Position numbers and translations under genes: made by a program. The notes below the pieces were generated by a model. It was not told the DNA's origin. It did not search any database and was given only the letters and a program-made list of their open reading frames with translations. Below are positions 10,757 through 25,099 of a stretch of DNA of 64,000 nt, piece by piece; position 1 is the stretch's first letter; each line of letters opens with the position of its first letter. Source of the DNA: Antedon mediterranea (taxonomy: Eukaryota; Animalia; Echinodermata). The stretch spans positions 6,386,001 to 6,450,000 of the forward strand of contig NC_092673.1 in assembly GCF_964355755.1 (NCBI RefSeq). Reading direction: 5' to 3'.

Positions 10757-11673
10757 ACATTCCAACATGTACTGTTTACACAGTTCTCCAGATGATATGT
10801 TTATTTTAGTCAAATTAAATACACAAATATAACGGTATAATAAACGCAAAAACACGCTAAAATTGCTAAAAATAGGTAGCTTACTTGATACTATTGTTTA
10901 CTCGTTGCAAACAACGTATGATGGGACTTGTTGAGAATATATAAATACTGCATTCCATTGTGGTCAAATCAGAATTATTATAGTATTTGAACAAATAGAT
11001 AAGTGAGGGGAGGGGGGCGGGTGACGTAAGAAGGAAAACAATAAATAGAATGGCAACATGGAATAAAGCGAAACCACGGTAAAATAAAGGACAGAACGGC
11101 TTGTATAGAAAAAAAGGTACTAAAAACATATCATGCAATAGCAGGGTTTGATTCTGACCAAATGAACAGCACACTATATTCTCTCGTAACATCGGATGTT
11201 ACCTCCAGACATATTTAATCCTAAATAGCACAAATCAAACCAATTTAGACAGCAATATTGCAGAATAGTACCGACTGAGTAATAATCCAATGTTAATCCT
11301 ACAGGCATAGCAAAAGAGTTTCTTTAACATGTAAAAGATTGAATGTACAGTTCACTGTTACCTGAGGCCTTGTACTTTATAATCGACTTTTTAGTATTAA
11401 GCACACTTAGTGCATTCTGTTATTTCTATAGGCTCATTTTCTTGTCTAGTCGACCATTCAATATTATTCAATATCACATTCATGACTTAATTAACGGAAC
11501 ATCGCCAATTTAATTGTTTCTTTGTTCCTCACCTTGTGTGAGTGATGTGCAATATATTATTCGTACAATAAAGGGCCGGGGGTAGCGTTGAATGTTTTTG
11601 GACCAAATTAGGATTCGTGGTTTTGCGTGACGTAAGGGTCAGAGCGTGGATACGTCTGCGTATTTAGCGCGCT

Positions 11674-11780
11674 AAAGCTTAGTTCTCTCGCAAATGAATT
11701 GACCAATCACAAGCGAACACAATTAGGATAAGCCATCGTGTCGTGATTGGTCAACTCATTTGCGTTGCGCTTACGTATTT
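11674..11780. mobile_element. Degenerate Harbinger-type MITE fragment
   Basis: AATGAATTGACCAATCAC...GTGATTGGTCAACTCATT inverted repeat, related to the MITE at 30590-30768. Confidence 0.55.
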
Positions 11781-14700
11781 AGTACAGTACCGAATGAGAA
11801 ATTATTTATTGTACGGTATTATTGACGCTAGAAAGTATGTCCTACGTTTTGGACCAATACTGATTTTTTTATTTAAATATATTGTTTATGTTTATCTTTT
11901 AGAACCGATAAGTTTGCATAAAACACGACAGTACGTGTGTATCTCCAACCAGGAGTATAACTTGGTACGGTGCATGATAACAAGTGAATGTTATTTGTTT
12001 GATGTATTTGGTATGTGTTCGATACAAGTGACGTCATAATGATCATTAATTAATCTAATTAATAATTAAGGAAATCGCGTTTGCTAACAAAATGTAAACA
12101 TTTTTATATGGAGAAAATAATTATTTAAATAAAATGCTTGAGTGAACTTTCGTATACAATTTAGGCCTACATTCTTTCGTTTAAATTTGTCTATACACAG
12201 TAAGTACACTTGGTTGTCTTTAAAGGGCTATTTTCTTTGTTTTCTAGATATACCACAGTGAAATAGGTGACACATTGATAAAACAATTAATATTGATAGA
12301 AGAAAATGGTAGTAAATTACAATTTGTTAGTTTGGTACTATCATTTTTCAACACTTTGATCAGCTAGGCCTATACTCTACTCTACTCTACTGGACCGGGG
12401 AAGAATAAATTACTGAATGTAATTTCACTCTTCACTGATTAGACTAAAAGTTCTAACTCTTGTCAATGTTTGTTTGTGTAGTTATTGTATTACAGGCCTA
12501 TACAGTTTAATCAATTGTATTTTTATATGCTGTATAATATATAATTGATAGTAATTTTAATATCTGGTATAATTGTTTTTTTATAGAATTTTTGCTAAAC
12601 TGTTGCAATGTCAGCTGTTGCACACAAACAGTTGTTGAACAGGGTAAGGCTATATTATTGTTTTATTTAAACAGTTACAATGCATTTTTTTTGTAGAGCC
12701 CAGTGACTTAATTCACTAACCACACTAAAACTAAATAAGAAACATTTATCCTTAGATTAAAAAATTGTTCTTTTTTATCAACACTTAATCCACAAAAACT
12801 CTTCATTGATCTATATTTATTTAGGGAAACTTGGAAACTTCTTTTGTTAATGAAGAAACTCGATCAGGGAAATGGATGAAGACAGTGAGACCACGCCCTT
12901 CCGCAGAGTTAGACAACGATAAATCAACCTTTTAATTTTCTTTTCTTTTAGGATTTAATGTTGTCGTCAATTTGGGATGTTTCTATGATTCAACTTCAGT
13001 CAGGTGCAAAGATTACAGACGTTAGTGAACTTGAGGATGATAAAAGTATCAGTGGTGATAAGGCAATGATCGAAGAGGACGTTGCTAGAGAGGATCAAAC
13101 TCTAAACGAAACTCGAACACCACATATAGAAAAGGGGTAAGACACATAATCGAAATTTGGCTACTGTCATGGGTATATGGTGCTTACAAGAGTATATGTC
13201 TATAGAGGCACACTGTGTAAAGGAACTGAGGATCCGGATGAAAACATTATTAAAGAAAGAAGGTATGGACGGGCTGAGTGGTGGCCCTCGCAACAGAGAT
13301 TTTGTTCGCCGTGAAATATCACGAGGCATACCTGTACTAACTTCTAACCTCTGTTATGCTAATGAAACAGTACTTTCTGAAACAACAGCAGAAGGAACCA
13401 AAAGTTTAACATCAGCGATAAATGAGACTGGTAAATCTTTGTGGAGAGTTAGCAGATAAACCATACAAAATAAAAAGGTTTACCTGTCGCCTTGGGCAAC
13501 GTGCAAAGAACATATTGCTACATAGAGGTATGTAAAGTTGCTTTAGTTTTTTGTTGGTTGGTTTCTAATTACTAAATTACTTACACAGACACAATAATCT
13601 TTTGTAAAAGTTATTGAGAGGATTAGGGTTAGTACAAAAGGTATTTAGTTATTTTTTATCATAATTTTTGTCTGGAGGAAATAAGAGAGCTAAGTGCATG
13701 ACGGGATAAATGTGATTTATAATTAGATTAGACAATAAATTTAAATATAGAGATGTTCTCTGAATAGAGGTTGACTGTTAAAAATATTCTCCTTGTTAAT
13801 TTCAAGGGAAATTGTCCCCATATTAGGAATTCCCCCTGAATATTGGTTTCCCAAAAGAGGAGTTCTATTAGATATTTCACTTAATATTCACTTCTGTAAT
13901 ATTTTTTTTTATATGTATCATAACAAACGTTTTGTTCCTTTTCTTTGAAAGATGTAAAACTTTAGATTAAAGTGAAGTCCAAGTGTAATCTACCATCGGG
14001 TTATAATCCGGTATGCATCGTGCTATTGTAACAAACCAGCCATTTTGAAAATATGTGTGGAGGCTGTTGAGCAACAGAACAAATTAAAATAAAGTAGGCC
14101 TATATTGTCATCATTTAAGTTTAATGGATTGGGAATCAAAGATCCAAAAGCATCGTTGTCTTATTGTCTGTGTACAAGTAATCGAAAAGTTTATAAAAAA
14201 ATGGTTGAGCATTCATCTGAATGACAAACAAATCAATGGTTTAGCTTACGTTTTAGTACCAGCCAGAAATTTTTAGAAGACTAGGCAACCGAAATTTAAT
14301 TGACTAATTTGTTTGTGGACACTATTTGGAACATTATTTCCAAGATAGACCAAAATGGGATTAGTAATGTTATTAAATTAAAAACAGTAACAACCTCCTA
14401 ATCTTGCTGATATGTCAACTCATTACTCTTTATTTGTACTCGGTTTTACCGTCACACCAAAACCAGTCCTGTGGACTTGTTTTGCATGTTTTTGGTGGAC
14501 CATTTATGGCTCTTAAAACCAGTTCAGGCAAACTAATTTGAAAGAAGCGACAGGCTTGCTGAGTACTTGCTTGTACCTGTACACATGGAAGTCACCTGGT
14601 GATCAATATCATTATGAAAAGAAGATAAAAATCAAGTGTAATGGAACAAAGACACATCCCAGGGTTGACTGTGATACACATACTACTAGCAGCAAAGATG

Positions 14701-17299
14701 CGAAGAAAGCCAACATGAGTCAAACTGAAGTGAAGACAAGAGAAACTGAATGCTTGTCATTAAACAATTGGAGAGCAAGGAACCTTAGACTTTTTGAAAA
14801 GTCACAGTTTTGTTAACAAGTTTAGCTTTAGCTTCATTATAATCCAGTAAAGATAATTAGTAAAAACATGGTGAACCTAGCACAAATTGCAACAGAATTT
14901 GTTAATTGTCTGGTTGATATGGTCCAAATGACCAAAACTGGACAAGAAGTGATTTAATTATTATAAATTCAAACTATACCATTTTGAAGCTCTGTATCTA
15001 CTTAACTGTTGGTTTTAGACTACTTAAGTGCATTACTGTACGAATAAATATAAATGTGATGTTTCCAATTAGCATATTTAAATTACCATAAACGTACATA
15101 TGATGTCATAAGATAGTTATGATGTAAAATTATGGCAAAATAATGCTCAATTGGCATTATTCTAAAGGAAAATATATAAACGGCAGGAAAAATGTTTTAA
15201 ATCTCATGAAAATAGTAGAACACATCCAGGTAAAGATCATCAACTGGGTATCAGAAGTTATATTGCAACTGCATCTTTTCATAACTGTAATAATCCCATT
15301 TATATTAAGTTTCTTGCATCTGATAACTTTATAAAAAGAGATTCTTAAGTTTGTAATGTGGTTTAATCCTATCAATACTCAAACTCTATCCATAATCTTG
15401 AGTTGGATCACCAAAGTACATATGCATCCAAAGTACATATACATAGAAAATGTTATAGTTGGCGCCGTCAAAATATCCAAAGGTTCCACCATATAGACAG
15501 CAATTGTATACTTCAACGACTTTTCTGATGTCTTGTTTTGGAAGGAACAAAAGATGTCAGTTCTTGTTTCGAATAATATTCATCCTTTTGATTCTTTGGA
15601 AGTGCAGCGCCTTTCTCATTCGAAATAACTACGAAGATTTTGACAGTTCTGAAATAAACTGTTGATTGAACAGTTAATTGCAAATTTGCTCCTCAAGATG
15701 TTTCTTTAACTACCGATTATTCCAGTGTTTTGCTTCTTCTGTCTTAAAACGCCATCACTTTTTCAATTATGGCAAAGTAGACAAAATAGATTTCTATCTG
15801 TTCAAAGTTTCCATTCCATTTTCTTTCAAGTTAGTTAAATAACTGCTTGTTGTCGAAAATTGAAATACGAAAATTGAAATACTAAAATTAGTATTGAAAA
15901 GTTTGAAACCATCTTGTTGTTCATCCTTGTTGGCAAATTATTGAATGTCCTTGTTATGCTCATTGAATCTTGGAAGCAGTATTTTAAAGATAAACATTAG
16001 GTCTATGTGCCATAACAAGTTTGAATAGCCTGAACCACAGACAATGGCCTCAATACAATATTTGTTTTATTATGCTTTACCAATGTAAATGAGATAAAGT
16101 TCTAAAAGATGTAGTTGTAGGAAACACAAAACAAGATGTGCTATTACTACTGTATGTGGTGAGTACAAATCAGTTTTTGATCTTATCACAACCTTCATAA
16201 GTTCTGTAGAATTACTATTTTCATGAGATTTTGTAAATGAAGACACTTAATGATCAATTTCAACAGGAAATATTTTTTGCAGTTTTTCTGCAGTTTTTTA
16301 CATTTTCCCTATGCCATTTGAGCAGTATTGTGACATTTTATGATGTCATAACTACAATATGATGCTATATGTCACATGGTAATTATGCTAATTGAAATGT
16401 TTAACATCACATTTTTTTTGGTAAACTTTGAATGATATTTATTTGGACCATGTCAAACAGACAAAACAAAATTCTGTTACAATTTGTTCTACATTCAACC
16501 ATACTTTTACTGAACTATTAATCAAGCCATCTATTTTGATGTGCCTGAACGTGTTAAAAAAAGATAACATAGTCCGGTGGCAGGGTTATCATTACCCAGC
16601 GGGCACAAATTGCCATCCAACATTTCTACCCCAGAATTTTCCGTAGATTTAATTACAACATATCATATCTATCTATATATAAGATCAAGAGTTAAATGGA
16701 TAGAAGAAGGTGTACAAAATACTTGAGAATACTAGAGAAAAGTAACGGATCAAAAAAAACATATACATTGTAAAACCCAAAAGAAATATTGGGTGAAGAA
16801 ATAAAATTTTTTGAACAACTATAAGCTAATAAGAGGATTTCCAAAGAAAATGTAAATAAATACCTAGATCATTTGAATGTGATTGTCACGGAAACCTGCA
16901 AAAGTTGAATAATCTAGAGCCAATGGTTATACAAAATGTGTGATGGCGTGTCATACTAATGTTTACTCTACAATGTACTGTATAACGTAATTAATATGCA
17001 AAGATACATGGCAAGTCGTACATATCGCTACAGGGAGAGGTTTAGTTAGTGTACTTCGAGTTAAATGTATTTGTGATTTTATTTCATTTCTGGCTTGTTA
17101 CATTATCATTACACAGTACCGGACTTCCACCTCCTCTCGCAATTAACGGCAGTACAGATCTTCCCTATCTAGGCTCGTGTATGGACTACGTCTACAGCCC
17201 TGGATTCTTCTTTAAAACATTTATAGCAAGACAGAATGTGTCATTGTTAACTATGGTTTTGTATCCGAAAATGTTGAAATGAAATAATTGCAATAATGT

Positions 17300-18650
17300 A
17301 AAAAACGATTTAAACTTTTAAGGAATTATCTTGCCTAGTCTATAAAAGATGACGCCATTATAGCACAACTTGCATATGATACAGTCTCTATTCATTGTTA
17401 GTAATTTCTGTGAAGTATCTGTTTAAATAAAAAAAAAACAACTCATGTGGATTGGTAAGAATAGATATAAAAATGATAAACCATATAAATTAAACTGGGT
17501 CACAGATCCAATAAAGATATTAGGAATCTACTTATATGATACAGAATTATGCAAAGAATTAAATTGGGACAAAAAGTTAAATTTTGAAAAGTTGTTATAC
17601 ATGGAAAGCAAGGAACCTTAAACTATTTGAGAAAATCAGTTTAAAAAAATTTAGCTTTAGCTCAATTAATTTACAATGCATCTTTAATTGATGTTCCAGA
17701 AAGTGTTGTTAAAGGATAACACAGCTTTTGAATTACTATGGAATGGAAAAAAGGAAAAATAAAAAGGAAAACATTAATTGGTAAAATAGTTAATGGCGGC
17801 ATTAATATGCATGATTTTTCTATTCAAGTGAAAGCTATAAACATCTTATGGGTAAAAAAATTCTTTGTAGAAAGCATGTAAAATGGAAAATACTTCCTTC
17901 GTATTACATAAAACATGCACTGGAAATGAGTTTATGGTATTGAACACGTCAGATTTGAATAATATAAGTGAGTGCAGTTATTTTTTAAATAAGATGCCTT
18001 TATTTTATTGAAATGTAATAAAATGTTGTTCAGAATTCTATGCGAATTTTAAGCATAGTAGGCCTATGAAGTTATGCAAAAAACCTTGGGGAAATAAGGA
18101 AATTGTATGTAAAAACAAAGCTAAAAATGTGAAGTCATGAAGGTTTTAATGAGATCAATGATTTAGTCAAAATTAATAGACTAATGTACCCAGGTGAAAT
18201 TCAATGTTAGAAGTCAGAAGAAACTGGATTAGTAAATACTGCTGTTTCCCCCATTACCATTCCCAAAGGGGAACATGAAATTAGTATTGAAAATGTCAAT
18301 TGGTTTAACAATTTGATCAAGCAAAGTTAGAAATAAGAAAAACAAAAAATATGCACAACTTAATTACAAATTACTGCTTAGAATTATACCAACAAAATAC
18401 AATTAAATAAATAAATGAAAAATACAAACAAATGATGTGAAATACCAGAAGATGAAAAACATATGGTTTTCAAATGTAAACATAGGCCTAATGTTTCACT
18501 ATGTAAAAAGGTTGGAGATAATTTTTTTGAGACAATAGTGCCTGTTCTTTTAAAGAATTAGTTTTTGGTTGTAAATGCAGCATGAAGAACAATATTCAAT
18601 TGCTCTTACTCTATTTACAAAATAAAAATATTTTTAGCACTAAATAAACC
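17300..18650 (+). pseudogene. Highly decayed L1/Tx1-like LINE ORF2 3' part; short related fragment at about 14760-14840
   Basis: Broken frames give W..PIKILGIYL, WKARNLKLFEKI, SLALAQLIYNAS and KRKTLIGKIVNGGINM, typical of the L1/Tx1 post-RT region; many stops and frameshifts. Confidence 0.6.
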
Positions 18651-20248
18651 AATCTGTAATAACACATAGTTCTGTTACATAAAAAAGGGGCAGAGAAAAT
18701 AACTCAGTACAGTGGCATGCACCAGCTAGCTTCATTTCCCAAATTCACCGCCGACATTTTAGGACATTCATTTTAAATCATTTATTAAAAGATTTTATAT
18801 AAATTGATCTAGGCCTATTTGTTAAAATTACAATTTACTGTGCTACATAATAATACATGCAGTAACCACTATTCGTCAAATCTGTTTATTGAAATACTGT
18901 CGTTCAAAAGTGAGTGCGATTACTGTAGCCATTACATGCAGTAATTAACGAACACACAATAACATACTAAGAAGCTAACTAACCTGAATACCAACTAAGT
19001 GTGGATTTGCTGCAACAAGATAAGGCTTAACCCTTTTAGATGTATACAGGATTAGAAAGGAATAGTCCGTCAAAAGACGCTAGATAGATAGAATTAAACT
19101 TACTAAGGTCTAGCGTCGTCATAATGACTACCGTACAGCTTCTGTTTTCTTCATTTACACTTTGGAAAGCAATGGCATTATTGCACACCTTCCCTGCTAA
19201 CCAGACCACTTGATAATGATTGAATACACATACCGTAGATCAAAGTCAATTGTTTCTTACGCACATGGTGTAATCAAATATGCAAATCCGTAAATGCTTC
19301 ACTTATTTTAGCTTCTAGAACCCGGTTCTAAAACAATTATCAGACTCCATTTGGTAATGTTTAACGCAATATAAGGCCTACGTACTGTCTCGACATCCCA
19401 TTATTATATAACTAATACAATTCTAAAAACGTTCACAGGAAAGGTTAGAGAAAAATCACATTGGGCATGCCCAGACCGTAGCATAACCTATGAGATTTTC
19501 CGATGTCCCATACTTATATTTATGTATATATGATAAGACGTACGGTACTTAAAAACGTGATTCCCACTAGAACGCAACGCAACCTCTACGCAACGTAAGA
19601 AAAAGTGCTGTATTGCGTAATCACAAGTGGGAACCGACGACGCGAAAATGCTGCAAACATCACAGGTTTGATTGCACGCAGGCGGGGGCAAACACAATTA
19701 TTGGAAGGCCATTTTCTTACGTTGCGTAGATTGCGTTACGTTGCGTCTCTAGTGAGAACCACGCTTAATAATTGTGTTTGCGCGTCAAACGTTAGTTGCC
19801 GTAGACTTTGATGCATATCAGTAATAGAGATAGCATGCACTCAAAGTCATATTCACATCTTAACACCCGCTTAAATATTCGCCAAACGTTTAAATGTTGT
19901 TTTCAGGGGCCTCTAAGCAACGTGGCATCTATACCCAGGAGAACCTAATTCCTGGGATACAAGTAAACCTAAAGTAAATAAAAGCCTAAGTAAATAAGTA
20001 GGCATACTTGCAACCCACGATTCAGGTAAGGTCATATTTTTGCTAATCGCCAAAAAAATAAATATATGTTATAATGTCGCATAGGCCTATGTCGGTAGCT
20101 TTTTGTATCAAAATAATAAACGCAATACCATTAATTTCTAATGTTCTTTATTCATATGCATTTGTTAGAAGACAAATTGACAAAATACGTAAACATTGCT
20201 TATTATGTATGTTTCTGTTGCCCGATACCGTTGAATATACGATCAAAT

Positions 20249-20289
20249 TTAACCTGTATTTGCATTATCACCCTGCATGTCTGAAAAAG
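20249..20289 (-). CDS. Secreted-protein gene copy A, putative terminal coding exon (PFSDMQGDNANTG*)
   Basis: Strong acceptor TTTTTCTTTTACAG|CT, phase 1 matching the upstream exon; ends in TAA. Confidence 0.5.
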
Positions 20290-21231
20290 CTGTAAAAGAA
20301 AAATTAAATTTTAATTCTGACAATCCATAACAAAAACACCTTATAAACAGAAGAAGAAAGACTGAATAAAATGTGTAAACTCAAATAAACAAAGAGAACA
20401 CATTTTGAATTTGACGTTTCGAACAATTTCATCCTTTTCAACTGTTTCTTCAATTTTGTTTGTCTATTACTCTTTTTTACAAATATAATAAAAATAATTC
20501 TAGGCTTAAATACAAACAAAAAATAATAATAAAACAAATAAATAACTATAAAAAGATTACTATGAAATAGAAAAATAAATTTTAAAAGGAAACCCGGTTT
20601 CTGGAAAGAAGTATTATGAATATAGGCCTAATATAGATGTAAAATCACGAAACATTCTGTTATGGATGTGTGACGTGTCACAACTGCAGTTAGAAAGAAA
20701 ACAAAGTGATACAAAATGCAAAAGCAAAAGTCATAAATAAATCAACTTTCTCTGGCAAATGTAGGCCTCGGTTGGTAAATAAATTTCATTTTGTACGTAA
20801 ATAATTGGGTGACAAATTTCAGGTACAAAAAATAATCTAATTGAGCACTTAGGTTAGGCCTACACTACTTTAGTTGCTTCTTAACTTGCGTTTTTGTCGT
20901 AGATGTATTGTTCCCGAAAAACACGAAAATTGAAGATTAGGTAGGCCTAAATAAAACTATTTCCGTAGATAAAAAATACTTCGGCCTAAAAAACGGTTAA
21001 ATTAAACCAAAAAATCCACTGCCTGGCAATCAATTTGACTATATCTTTTGCTTTAAATTACATTTTTTTTTCTTTTTCCGATAAGTACATTTTTTTGATC
21101 CAATTTTTGGTCAAAGTAAATAACTATATTATGTGACAATAAAATGGCATATGCAAAACAAAATTGAAATTTGGAGAACAATAACAGGCATGCATCTTTA
21201 ACTTTTTATTAAAGATTACGATTGAGCTTAC

Positions 21232-21303
21232 GATGACAATTATAACTCGTGCCCATTGGCATACACATTTGTCCGATTTCACAAGGACTTCCTTCACATG
21301 GGT
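21232..21303 (-). CDS. Secreted-protein gene copy A, 72-nt EGF-like exon (DPCEGSPCEIGQMCMPMGTSYNCH)
   Basis: TTTCAG|AC...CATC|GTAAG, symmetric phase 1-1; contains the first four Cys of an EGF-like pattern. Confidence 0.7.
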
Positions 21304-21343
21304 CTGAAACAGTAACCAAAATACATTTTAGTAGTCATCCCAA

Positions 21344-23253
21344 AGCTGGTTCCCACTAGCGACGCAACGTAAAGCTTGGTTCCCACTAGAACGTAACGCA
21401 AGGACGTAAACGCAAGGCAAGCGTTTTAACCAATGACAAGCGAAGTTATAGACAGTTAAGGCTGGTTTCCTGTCGACGTAAGAACATCACTTTTGTTGCG
21501 ACTACGTCGATTTGTCGTAAGAAATGCGGATTTTACAGGAAACCGATTACGATCGAAAATTTATAAAATCGACGTAACGTAAGAAAAATGGTAACGACAA
21601 ACGATTTTACAGGAAACCGATGACCTAACAATTGTTGCGTTACGACGTTTTCTTCCGATTTTACAGGAAACCGGGATTTTTTATCTTACGCTTGAATGAA
21701 CGCCCTTGCGTCACGTTTCTTACGTCTCTTACGAAAGTTGACTTGAAGTCAACTTTCGCAAGAGACGTAAGCGCAATCGTAACAAGCAACCAATGAGCGA
21801 CAAGAGTTATGACGTAATGTGTATGACCTTACAGTGAAATATAGCCGGACAATAACATTTGTATGTATTTACCGTACTACTACAATTTTAGCCCACTTTA
21901 CGATGTTGTACAATGTACATACTTTACAAATGCACAGTAGTTTCAATATAATATTGTTCTAATCAGGGAGTTTACAACTCACATCAAAATATAATACTCT
22001 TATTTATGGACGTGCAATAAACAATCCGCATTGAAACATTCGACATTCTTCTGTTCTATTTGTTGGTAGAAACGTCGCGAAAATGAACATTTGCAACAAG
22101 ATAAGATATAGAAAGCCCTTGTAAGCAATATAATATTATTATGTAACTTTAAAAAAAATGTTTGCTTGATTTTGTATAATTTATATTGTTTTGTCAATAT
22201 AAATTATATTTTGGTAGGCCTGGGCCCATAGGTAGGTCTAATAATAATAGGAATCCCGAAATGATTTGCCGTTTTTTAATTTTGAAAACTATTTAAGGCT
22301 AGGCCTACTAAGGCCAGAATAATTAATTCATATTTTGGTTCATACAATAGTGCATAGGCCTAGCCTATTAGCCTGGCTCCTAGGCTAGTTTGATATTTTG
22401 GTCAAATCCATTCCTATTAGTACAGTATTAATTAAGTATTATCACTAATACTAGGGCCTAGCATATCTACTAAAAATAATATGTTGGTGTGCTGCACTGA
22501 CACTGAGTAGCTACAGGTACAATAACAACATTCAACATTTCGCGCGAAAAATGACAAAACCCGCTCTAAAAAGAAACACCAATCATAGATGTTGTTTCAA
22601 ATACGTCATAAATCCGACCGACGTAAGAAAAAAATTTCAACTTTCGTAACAACACTAAAATCGACGTAAGCATACGACGTGTGTTTCACAGCCAAAATTT
22701 CAACTTTCGGGAGCAGCATAACTACAGATGTTTCTCTGTGGCCCGACACGATCTTGACTAACGTCAACGACGTCAATTTTTTCTCAACTTTCGTAAGAGA
22801 CGTAAGAAACGTATGAAACGCAAGAATCGTTGCAAAATTCAACTTCTTACGTCGACAGGAAACCAGCCTTTAGCAATCACAAGCGAATAAGCCATCGCTT
22901 GTGATTGGTCAATTCACTTGCGTTGCGTTACGTCCTTGTGTTGCGTCGCTAGTGGGAACCACGCTTAACGCAACGCTACGACGTATTGACGCAAAGTGCT
23001 GTATTGCGCCGTAATCACAAGTGGAAACCGACGACGCAACAGTGCTGCAAACAACAGGTTTGATTTCACGTAGGAGGTGGGGGAAAACTAAAAAATACGC
23101 GGGATGAACCAGGTCAAAGTCTACGGCATGCTAACATGACGCGCAATAAGCATATTTTTTTTTATTTCACGCGGACGGAGGCAAACACATTTACTGGAAG
23201 AGCATTCTCTTACGTTGCGTAGGTTGCGTGACGTTGCGTCGCTAGTGGGACCC
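21344..23253. mobile_element. Three nested Harbinger/Tourist-type non-autonomous elements (outer about 21344-23253, middle 21373-22965, inner 21459-22869)
   Basis: Middle element has TAA TSD and AGCTTGGTTCCCACTAG/CTAGTGGGAACCACGCT ends. Inner element has TTA TSD and TIR AGGCTGGTTTCCTGTCGACGTAAG. An uninterrupted copy of the middle element lies at 30590-30768. Confidence 0.85.
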
Positions 23254-23376
23254 TAAACACACCAACATCTAAGATTAAAGTGGGAGATGTAAGCGTGGTT
23301 CCCACTATAAATACCTAGACTAGAACCAAGCTCTACTGGTTGATATTTCGTATAACGTTTGTCAATAATTACTAAC

Positions 23377-23443
23377 CATATGCCATTACGACTGCTGCAC
23401 ACAAGACAATAAATGCGATTACAAGAAATGCTCGATTCATCAT
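23377..23443 (-). CDS. Secreted-protein gene copy A, signal-peptide exon (MMNRAFLVIAFIVLCAAVVMAY)
   Basis: Kozak-like CACCATG; basic-hydrophobic-small residue signal peptide; donor TATG|GTTAGT, phase 1; acceptor just upstream. Confidence 0.72.
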
Positions 23444-24784
23444 GGTGATTCTAGTATTTAAAAAAAACATATTATTTGTGAACTCGCCACTTTGGACGGG
23501 ACGAGGTTAACTAACATGACACATGAACGACGTGTACATTGGCTATAAACGGAAAAATTGATTAAGTATGCCATTCTATGTGACCTGAAGATGCACGTTT
23601 ACAGTACTAAGTTGTTTGAATTTACAGAATATTTTATGTATACAGTGTATTAGGTACAATTACGGGACCCCACTTATATATTCTACATTTTGTATATGAT
23701 ACGTCAGCAAAAAAAAATTAAAAAAAATATGAAGGTAAAATTTCGGACGATATTTTTCTGAGCAACAACATTCAGTATTACAATTTCAAAGAAATTCGGC
23801 ACGTAGAGGCGGGAAGCGCGCTCTTTTTAAAGTAGATAAAGTATGACCAGAATTCATATCTTAACAATCAACACGTCCAGGTATGCGTGTAGTTCACAGT
23901 CATTGTACTTACCGTCCTGATTCCTAGCCTAAATAATACCTACCTTCTTTCAATAATACCAACTTAAGAGATGTTCAATAATTGGCAGCTGGGACAGGAA
24001 TACAAGTTGTATAGGCCTGTACGCCGCGACATTTATATTCGTTACAAAATGCAAATGTATTCAATAAAATGTGTTTGTTATGTTAAAAATTAAAAGGTTA
24101 TATATAAATTTAAGGTTGTGGCATTTACGTATCTGGCAAAACAAAAGTTTTATTTTATTTAAAGGTTATCTTGTAAATATATAATTCGTAACTGGGACAG
24201 GAATAGAAGTTATATACGGCGCGACATTTTTATTCGTTACAAAATGCAAATGTAATCAATAACATGTGTTTGTTATGTTAAAAATTAAAAGGTTTTATAC
24301 AAATTAAGTAAGTTTGTTGCATTTATGTATCGGGAAAAACAACAGTTTTATTTTATTTCTAAAGGTCATCCTGTTGTAAATATAAAATTAAAATTTAGAA
24401 TTTTGAATAATATTAAATAAATTTATGGTTGTGAAATTTTACGTATCGGACAAACAGAATAGGTCATCGGTAGGCCTAATTCAAATTCATTTCAAATAAA
24501 AAAATGTCGGTAAATTGTACAATTAAAAAAAAACACATTTGATTTGATTAAAAATTCACACGGTCATACATGTTTGTTTATGTTAAAAATGAAAAGGTTA
24601 TATATACATTTAAGGTTGTGCCATTTACTTATCGGGCAAACAAAATGATTTAAAATTCACACGATCATAGCACAAGAAAATCAAAATGGGTTTAACAATT
24701 AAATCTAAGAAAAATTAAAATCAAAATAATTAGGAAAATGGCAGTCTTATCACTATACAGATATACCATGGTTGACACAATTTA

Positions 24785-24930
24785 TGAGTGAGTGGCCGAG
24801 CGGTTAATGGCAGTCTTATCACTACAGATATACCATGATTGACACAATTTATGAGTGAGTGGCCGAGCGGTTAAAACAGTCACACGGTAATTACGTAGCC
24901 ATAATATCGACAAGGGTTCGAAGGCTCACT
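24785..24930 (+). mobile_element. tRNA-derived SINE-like head with a local tandem duplication; remnant in copy B at about 38098-38160
   Basis: A-box-like TGGCCGAGCGG (twice) and B-box-like GGTTCGAAG; terminal complementarity GAGTGAG...CTCACTC. Confidence 0.5.
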
Positions 24931-25099
24931 CGCTCCGTTGTACGGAGAACAAGTCTTCTCGGAGAAGCTATAGTTTAAGCTCATGCGCAATTTAAAGAGT
25001 TACACACACACAGCCAATGTATAAAGGCAAAAACAACCCCTACTACCCATCCCCCACCCCTCCGCACTACAACAACCAATTATAATCGTTACTCTACAG

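Noticed and set aside
15150-16250. Possible decayed hAT-like transposase on the minus strand (YPVDDLYLDVFYYF)
   Set aside because: Single short motif, no sustained frame and no TIRs found.
19103-19193. Minus-strand open phase-1 segment with AG/GT borders as an extra exon of gene A
   Set aside because: Lies outside the duplicated unit and downstream of a better terminal exon; weak acceptor and no recognisable domain.
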